A stretch of 32,000 nucleotides of DNA from Acaryochloris marina MBIC11017. Lineage in GTDB: Bacteria > Cyanobacteriota > Cyanobacteriia > Thermosynechococcales > Thermosynechococcaceae. The DNA lies in contig NC_009929.1 in assembly GCF_000018105.1 (NCBI RefSeq), forward strand, positions 120,001-152,000. The letters run 5' to 3'. This document shows, piece after piece, positions 26,681 to 32,000 of the stretch. Position 1 is the first letter of the stretch, and each line of letters starts with the position of its first letter. The notes below the pieces were generated by a model. The model saw only the letters and a list, made by a program, of their open reading frames with translations. It searched no databases and had not been told where the DNA came from. The position numbers were made by a program, and so were the translations under genes.

Positions 26681-27226
26681 ATGCTTAAAGTTAGAGACAT
26701 TATGACCCAAGAGGTGATTGCGATTCAGGATACTGCAACAGTGGCACAAGCCATTGCTCTAATGCAATACCATAAAGTCCGCTCCCTCATTATCGAGCAC
26801 CCTGAAGGTCAAACCGCTTACGGGATCATCACTGAGCGAGATATTGTTTACCGAGTCATGGCTGTTGGCAAAGATCCCCATGAAATTGGCGTTCAAGAGC
26901 TTGTCCGCGAACCCTGTATTACAGCCCATCCTGATCTCACTGTGGAAGAAATGGCTCAATTGTTTGCAGCAGCAGGCATTCAGAGAGCGCCAGTAATTGA
27001 TGGACAGCAGCTTTTAGGCATCATTTCCGTCACTGACTTAGTGATGAAAACGGATGGAAAGCAGAACTATCAAGCCGATTGGCTCGCGTTGCAAGTTGAA
27101 AATGCGTTAAAGCATGCCCGGATTATTTGTGGTGATCCGCAAACCCAGATTTCAAAAGAATGCTCTGTAGCCTGGGATGTGGTTGAAGCTTTTGAAGACC
27201 AAGCTGCCTTAAACGGAGCTATTTAG
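26681..27226 (+). CDS. CBS-pair protein with a short C-terminal CP12-like module (CBS-CP12 fusion, copy 1)
   Basis: Two CBS motifs (VRDIMTQEVIAI...GIITERDIV and ITAHPDLTV...GIISVTDLV) are followed by CGDPQTQISKEC-SVAWDVVEAFE, that is, a CP12 N-terminal Cys pair plus an AWDxVEE core. ATG 26681 is preceded by AAGGAG. Confidence 0.8.
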   Translation: MLKVRDIMTQEVIAIQDTATVAQAIALMQYHKVRSLIIEHPEGQTAYGIITERDIVYRVMAVGKDPHEIGVQELVREPCITAHPDLTVEEMAQLFAAAGIQRAPVIDGQQLLGIISVTDLVMKTDGKQNYQADWLALQVENALKHARIICGDPQTQISKECSVAWDVVEAFEDQAALNGAI

Positions 27227-27272
27227 TCCTTCAGAACAGGCTACTTTATCACTTTCAGTGTAGGTACCTCAG

Positions 27273-28700
27273 ATGCACACTAAATCATCGAGACAATATT
27301 TTAGACAAGTGCTGTTGTTTCTAATGGCCTTGGTCATTACCCCATTGCTATTAGCGGTTTCTGCGGTTGGAGCCCCCAATTTCGTGACGCAAGATCAGAT
27401 CACCGTGGGGGCAACAGAGGTCATTCAAGGTAACTATTATGCAACTGGGGACCGTATAACGGTTGACGGGACCTTAAAAGATAATCTGTTTGCAGCAGGA
27501 GACACCATTCAACTATCGGGCACCGTTGAGAAGGATGTTTACTTAGCGGGTGATGAAATAACGATTGATGGCACTGTTAAAGGCGATGCTATTCTGGCCG
27601 GCGCTTTGGTTGCCCTCAATGGGTCTGTTGAAGGCGATTTAATCGCCGCAGGGCAAGCCGTGGTGGTGAACGGAACGGTTCAAGACGACGTGCGGATAGC
27701 AGGAGAGGCACTGCTTCTCAAAAATCAGGCTCGGGTGAAAGATGACATGATCGCCGCAGGGCTGAGCCTGGAAAGTCAACCCCAAACGTCCATCGGTGGC
27801 ACTCTCACGGTTGCGAGTGGTCAAGCACTACTGGCAGGAACGGTTGATCAGGATGTTGTGGGGGGTATGGGAGGACTAACCTTAGAGGGGACAGTGGGTC
27901 AAGATGTGGCCGTTACCGTCGGTGATAACCAGACTTGGAAACCTATATTCGGACCTAGCCCTCGCCTTAAGATTCCTGATGTGCCGGCAGGATTAACCCT
28001 CACAGATTCGGCCCAAGTCAAAGGTCGGTTGACCTACAAATCACCAACTACTGCCTCCCTAAAAGATGGATCACAAGTGACAGGTAAAATCACGCATCAA
28101 CCGATTCCAGAATGGGAACCGACGCCAGTCAAGCCGACGAATATCGTGCTAGATCAACTGCAGCGCTTGCTGACGATTGGGTTAGTGGGATGTGCCATGC
28201 TTTGGGCATTTCCAAAGTGGACAGAAGGATTAACGCAGAATATTCAGACTCGACCGTTGAGAACGTTGGGTTGGGGCATTGTGACCAGTGTGTTGGTGGG
28301 AGTAGCAAGTGTTGTGATCGCAGTTCTGACCATCCTTGCATTTATTGTGCTTATCTTGACCCTCCAAGGATTAGCCTGGCCCATTCTGGGGGTCGGAACC
28401 CTCGCTAATCTGGCCCTATGGGTCGGTATTGGCAGCTTCGTGAGTTTGATTGCCCCCGTATTAATCAGCAACCTAGGTGGACGCTGGCTCTGCAGCCAAT
28501 TCAATTTGAATAAGACCGCGAACCGATTTATCCCATTCCTGATGGGGGTAGTGGTTCTGATGTTGATTACCGCTATTCCCCTGATCGGCGGAATCATCAG
28601 CATTGTCATTATTTTCTTGAGCTTAGGTGCACTCTGGAATTGGGGAAGGTCACGGTGGGCTAAGCCCCCCTTGCAAGCTCAGGAGGCACTAGTGGGTTGA
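27273..28700 (+). CDS. Signal-peptide protein with a ~8-turn 17-residue-repeat beta-helix (bactofilin-like) and a C-terminal 4-TM domain
   Basis: - N-terminus: LLFLMALVITPLLLAVSAVGA.
- aa 59-216: 17-residue repeats G-x-x-(I/V)-x-(I/L/V)-x-G-(T/S)-V-x-x-D-(I/V/L)-x-x-A, e.g. GDTIQLSGTVEKDVYLA, GDEITIDGTVKGDAILA, GALVALNGSVEGDLIAA, GQAVVVNGTVQDDVRIA.
- aa ~297-465: four long hydrophobic segments. Confidence 0.75.
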   Translation: MHTKSSRQYFRQVLLFLMALVITPLLLAVSAVGAPNFVTQDQITVGATEVIQGNYYATGDRITVDGTLKDNLFAAGDTIQLSGTVEKDVYLAGDEITIDGTVKGDAILAGALVALNGSVEGDLIAAGQAVVVNGTVQDDVRIAGEALLLKNQARVKDDMIAAGLSLESQPQTSIGGTLTVASGQALLAGTVDQDVVGGMGGLTLEGTVGQDVAVTVGDNQTWKPIFGPSPRLKIPDVPAGLTLTDSAQVKGRLTYKSPTTASLKDGSQVTGKITHQPIPEWEPTPVKPTNIVLDQLQRLLTIGLVGCAMLWAFPKWTEGLTQNIQTRPLRTLGWGIVTSVLVGVASVVIAVLTILAFIVLILTLQGLAWPILGVGTLANLALWVGIGSFVSLIAPVLISNLGGRWLCSQFNLNKTANRFIPFLMGVVVLMLITAIPLIGGIISIVIIFLSLGALWNWGRSRWAKPPLQAQEALVG

Positions 28701-28740
28701 GCGGAGATAGGTTCTGGCATAACCGATGGGAGAAATCGCA

Positions 28741-29367
28741 ATGATGAAAGTTGCAGACATTATGACTACAGAAGTCATCAAAATTCGGAATTCGGCGAAG
28801 GTTGCTGAGGCCGTCCGATTGATGCGACGACATGGAATTCATGCCCTAATTGTTGATCGGAACCATGAGCAAGATGCTTACGGAATTGTGACCGCCTTCG
28901 ATATCGTTGCGAAGGTAACGGCCTTTGGTCGTGATCCACGGCAGGTGAGAGTCTATGAAATTATGACGAAACCTTGTTTGGTACTCAATCCGGAACTCGG
29001 GGTCGAATATGCCGCACGATTATTGACCACTACCGGTATACATGCCGCACCCATTATCCAGTGGAGTCTGCTGGGCATTCTCTCAATCTCTGACATTCTC
29101 GATCAAGGGGATTTCTTGGAGAATCCCTTGGAGGTGGAGCTTGCTCAAAAAACACAGCAATTAATTGCGGACGCTCATGCAATTTGTAAGCAAAAGGGCA
29201 CTAACTCCAAAGCCTGTAGACAAGCTTGGCAAGACGTTGATGCAGTCCAAGCGGAAGCGGCTCATCAACGGGCCGAAAAGCTCGAAAAAACAGCTTTTGA
29301 AGCGTTTTGTGAGGAGTACCCAGAAGCCTTCAAAGATCGAGAGTATGATGCCTGGTGTAGTGGATAG
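28741..29367 (+). CDS. CBS-pair protein with a full-length but variant CP12 module (CBS-CP12 fusion, copy 2)
   Basis: The CBS pair (VADIMTTEVIKI...GIVTAFDIV and LVLNPELGV...GILSISDIL) is followed by CKQKGTNSKAC-RQAWQDVDAVQAEAAHQRAEK...FCEEYPEAFKDREYDAWC. ATG 28741 aligns with the start of copy 1; ATG 28726 is an alternative. Confidence 0.8.
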   Translation: MMKVADIMTTEVIKIRNSAKVAEAVRLMRRHGIHALIVDRNHEQDAYGIVTAFDIVAKVTAFGRDPRQVRVYEIMTKPCLVLNPELGVEYAARLLTTTGIHAAPIIQWSLLGILSISDILDQGDFLENPLEVELAQKTQQLIADAHAICKQKGTNSKACRQAWQDVDAVQAEAAHQRAEKLEKTAFEAFCEEYPEAFKDREYDAWCSG

Positions 29368-29404
29368 CTAGCTCATGTTTATCCTAAAAAACAGATAACT
29401 TACA

Positions 29405-30889
29405 ATGCCTCAGAGAATCATCATTGATCCAGTCACTCGGATTGAAGGCCATGCCAAAATCTCGATTTACTTGGATGACGCAGGTGAAGTTACGGATGCT
29501 CGATTTCATGTGACGGAGTTTCGTGGATTTGAGAAGTTTTGCGAAGGCCGACCCTTTTGGGAGATGCCGGGGATTACCCCGCGCATCTGTGGGATTTGTC
29601 CAGTCAGCCACCTACTCGCGTCAGCGAAAGCTGGAGACCAGATTCTTGCCGTCCACATTCCTCCAGCGGCTGAGAAATTGCGCCGCTTAATGAACTTAGG
29701 ACAGATTATTCAGTCCCATGCCTTGAGTTTTTTTCATCTGAGTAGTCCTGACCTACTGTTGGGGTGGGAGAGCGATCCAGCTCAGCGAAATGTATTTGGC
29801 CTGATGGCCGCAGAGCCGGATCTGGCCCGCAGCGGTATCCGACTACGCCAGTTTGGTCAGGAGGTGATTCAGCATTTAGGAGGGCAGAAAATTCACCCGG
29901 CTTGGGCTGTCCCCGGAGGTGTGCGATCGGCTCTAACCGACCAGGGACGTGAACAAATCCGAGCGGGGTTGCTAGAGGTACGATCAACGGCCCTTTCAAC
30001 CCTGAAACGGTTCAAAGACTTGTTAGAAGACCATGCCAGTGAGGCTCGAATATTTGGGAATTTCCCCAGCTTATTTATGGGGTTAATCAACCCAAAGGGA
30101 CTCTGGGAACATTACCAGGGCTGTTTACGGTTTGTGGATAGTGTCGGCAATATCATTGCGGATCATCTTGATCCGAGCCAATTCCAGTCCTTTATTGGCG
30201 AAGCGGTTCAGACTGATTCTTATTTGAAGTCTCCCTACTATCGTCCCTTGGGCTATCCTGATCAGACTCCAGGTCTGTGCCGTTTAGAGAGTGGCATGTA
30301 TCGGGTGGGACCGTTAGCCCGACTCAACGTCTGCGATCGCATGGGCACACCCTTAGCCGATCAGGAATTGCAAGAATTCCGCCAGCGGGGCAATGGGACC
30401 GTTACCTCTTCCTTCTACTACCATTACGCTCGCTTAATTGAGATCTTGGCCTGTATTGAACGCATTGAGCAGCAGATAGAGGATCCAGGACTTTGTCAAC
30501 CGCCCTTAAGAGCCCAGGCAGATGTCAATCAATTAGAGGGGGTTGGAGTGAGTGAAGCACCACGGGGGACGCTGTTTCATCACTATCAAGTGGATGCAAC
30601 GGGGTTACTCCAATCCGTTAATCTGATCATCGCCACGGGGCAAAATAATCTGGCCATGAACCGCACCGTTGCTCAGATTGCTCGTCACTACCTCCATGGA
30701 CCCGATATTCCTGAATCGATGCTCAATCGGGTCGAAGCAGGTATTCGGGCCTTTGATCCTTGTTTAAGTTGCTCGACTCATGCGGCAGGCCAGATGCCAC
30801 TTCATATCCAGTGCAAATCAGCACATAGTGGCCAAGTCCTAAGTGAGGTATGGAGAACCTCAACGGGGGAATTTCAAGTTAAAGGTTGA
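29405..30889 (+). CDS. hoxH: [NiFe] hydrogenase large subunit HoxH
   Basis: It carries the N-terminal Ni-Fe ligand motif [10 protein letters not shown] and the C-terminal [10 protein letters not shown] 35-aa extension follows, of the kind removed by the maturation endopeptidase. Confidence 0.95.
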   Translation: MPQRIIIDPVTRIEGHAKISIYLDDAGEVTDARFHVTEFRGFEKFCEGRPFWEMPGITPRICGICPVSHLLASAKAGDQILAVHIPPAAEKLRRLMNLGQIIQSHALSFFHLSSPDLLLGWESDPAQRNVFGLMAAEPDLARSGIRLRQFGQEVIQHLGGQKIHPAWAVPGGVRSALTDQGREQIRAGLLEVRSTALSTLKRFKDLLEDHASEARIFGNFPSLFMGLINPKGLWEHYQGCLRFVDSVGNIIADHLDPSQFQSFIGEAVQTDSYLKSPYYRPLGYPDQTPGLCRLESGMYRVGPLARLNVCDRMGTPLADQELQEFRQRGNGTVTSSFYYHYARLIEILACIERIEQQIEDPGLCQPPLRAQADVNQLEGVGVSEAPRGTLFHHYQVDATGLLQSVNLIIATGQNNLAMNRTVAQIARHYLHGPDIPESMLNRVEAGIRAFDPCLSCSTHAAGQMPLHIQCKSAHSGQVLSEVWRTSTGEFQVKG

Positions 30890-30922
30890 GAATATCAGTG
30901 CTTTTGTCAATGATTGTTTCCC

Positions 30923-31159
30923 TTAGACAGGTGGGCTGATATTGTCCAAGAGTTGTAAGGTCCGCTCAGCTTCTTCAACATCAATAACGTTCAAAGCAAA
31001 CCCCACATGGACAATGACATAGTCACCCACCTCCGCATGGGGAACATAAGCAAGGCTGACGTCCTTCAGAACGCCTCCAAAACTCACTTTCCCCGCCCGT
31101 AACAGTGGGTCATCATGATCCAAGATGCTGACAATCTGGCCGGGTACCGCTAAGCACAT
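30923..31159 (-). CDS. hypC: Hydrogenase maturation chaperone HypC
   Basis: 78 aa beginning with the invariant MCLAVPGQIV (Cys2). It overlaps the hypF stop by 10 nt. Confidence 0.9.
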   Translation of the reverse strand: MCLAVPGQIVSILDHDDPLLRAGKVSFGGVLKDVSLAYVPHAEVGDYVIVHVGFALNVIDVEEAERTLQLLDNISPPV

Positions 31160-32000
31160 GGTGAATCTGCCTCGACAAAGGGCTGTTGTCTGTCAAAAGT
31201 CTCATTGACCTTGGGAAAGCGTCCCGCATAGTGGCGATGGGCAGCCATGATTTGTCCAAGGGCAATCCCTCCATCATTAGTAGGGACTTGCTGATGCCAG
31301 TAGGGGCGATACTGGTTTTCCCGCAACCTGTGGATGGCTTTTTCACTCAAATATTGATTTTGAAAACATCCGCCCGTGAGCACGATATATGGCTCGCCGA
31401 TTTGATGGGCGATCTGGACAATGATTTCAACCAAAGTATTGTGAAACTTAGTGGAGATCCAGCTAGTATCAACGCCCTGGTCAATATCGGCCAGAATGGC
31501 TATCAGCATCGGTTCCCAATCCATCACGAAGGGCAATGAAGAGGAGAGATGGAAAGGATAGTCGTCTTCCGTTGCAACCCTGCCCAAGATAGACTCTAAG
31601 GCCATCGCTGCTTGCCCCTCAAAATGGGTGGTTTGCATCAGGTCCGTGAGGGATGCGATCGCATCAAAGAATCGCCCCACACTTGAGGTCAGAGGGGTAT
31701 TCAGAGACCGATCCAGCATTGACTGCAATACCTGGGCAGACGGCTGGGAAAAAGCCTTCAAGGGCGCTAAGCCTTCCCACTCAAAAATCTCGCCCCCAAA
31801 GCAGGTATAGAGCAGCCCCATCGCCGTTCGTCTGGGCTCACGAGCGGCTTGGTCACCACCGGGTAAGAAAAAGGGACGCCAGTAGCCGACCCGCTCAAAC
31901 CCAGTTGGTGTGATTTGCAGAAATTCTCCGCCCCAGACGGTCTCATCCAATCCATAACCCGCCCCATCCCAAGCAATTCCCAGAACAGGAGCTGCTAAAT
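31150..32000 (-). CDS. hypF: Carbamoyltransferase HypF, C-terminal part (5' end outside the window)
   Basis: The minus-strand frame is open to the window edge, reading LAAPVLGIAWDGAGYGLDETVWGGEF upstream of the ORF-track TTG. Kae1/YrdC-like C-terminal motifs are present (VLTGGCFQNQYL, VPTNDGGIALGQ). Confidence 0.88.
   Translation of the reverse strand, partial: LAAPVLGIAWDGAGYGLDETVWGGEFLQITPTGFERVGYWRPFFLPGGDQAAREPRRTAMGLLYTCFGGEIFEWEGLAPLKAFSQPSAQVLQSMLDRSLNTPLTSSVGRFFDAIASLTDLMQTTHFEGQAAMALESILGRVATEDDYPFHLSSSLPFVMDWEPMLIAILADIDQGVDTSWISTKFHNTLVEIIVQIAHQIGEPYIVLTGGCFQNQYLSEKAIHRLRENQYRPYWHQQVPTNDGGIALGQIMAAHRHYAGRFPKVNETFDRQQPFVEADSPCA

Overview
The window looks cyanobacterial: it has 10 copies of the HIP1 palindrome GCGATCGC, a Hox bidirectional [NiFe] hydrogenase and CP12 modules. 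Gene order, left to right:
- 3' part of hypE, then ppsA.
- A complete N-type ATPase operon (beta/epsilon-first order atpD-C-Q-R-B-E-F-A-G). It carries an extra CPA2 cation/proton antiporter gene joined by overlapping stop/start codons between atpQ and atpR.
- Three small minus-strand genes: a secreted hypothetical, a 71-aa Cys-containing ORF and a DUF4278-like gene.
- A 792-aa REC-wHTH-Hpt-REC-REC-degenerate-GGDEF protein.
- A CE4 polysaccharide deacetylase, a USP, a ferredoxin-nitroreductase fusion and a tandem USP.
- A hox operon arranged hoxE-hoxF-[IS1-family element with 9-bp target duplication]-[orphan family-3 solute-binding protein]-[63-aa ORF]-hoxU-hoxY-[CBS-CP12]-[signal-peptide beta-helix/bactofilin-like 4-TM protein]-[CBS-CP12]-hoxH.
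- Convergent hypC and the 3' part of hypF on the minus strand.
I saw no rRNA, tRNA or CRISPR array. The two best candidates for undescribed biology are the antiporter embedded in the N-ATPase operon and the CBS-CP12 / membrane beta-helix / CBS-CP12 trio between hoxY and hoxH. All functional calls come from reading motifs in the supplied translations; no database search was possible.
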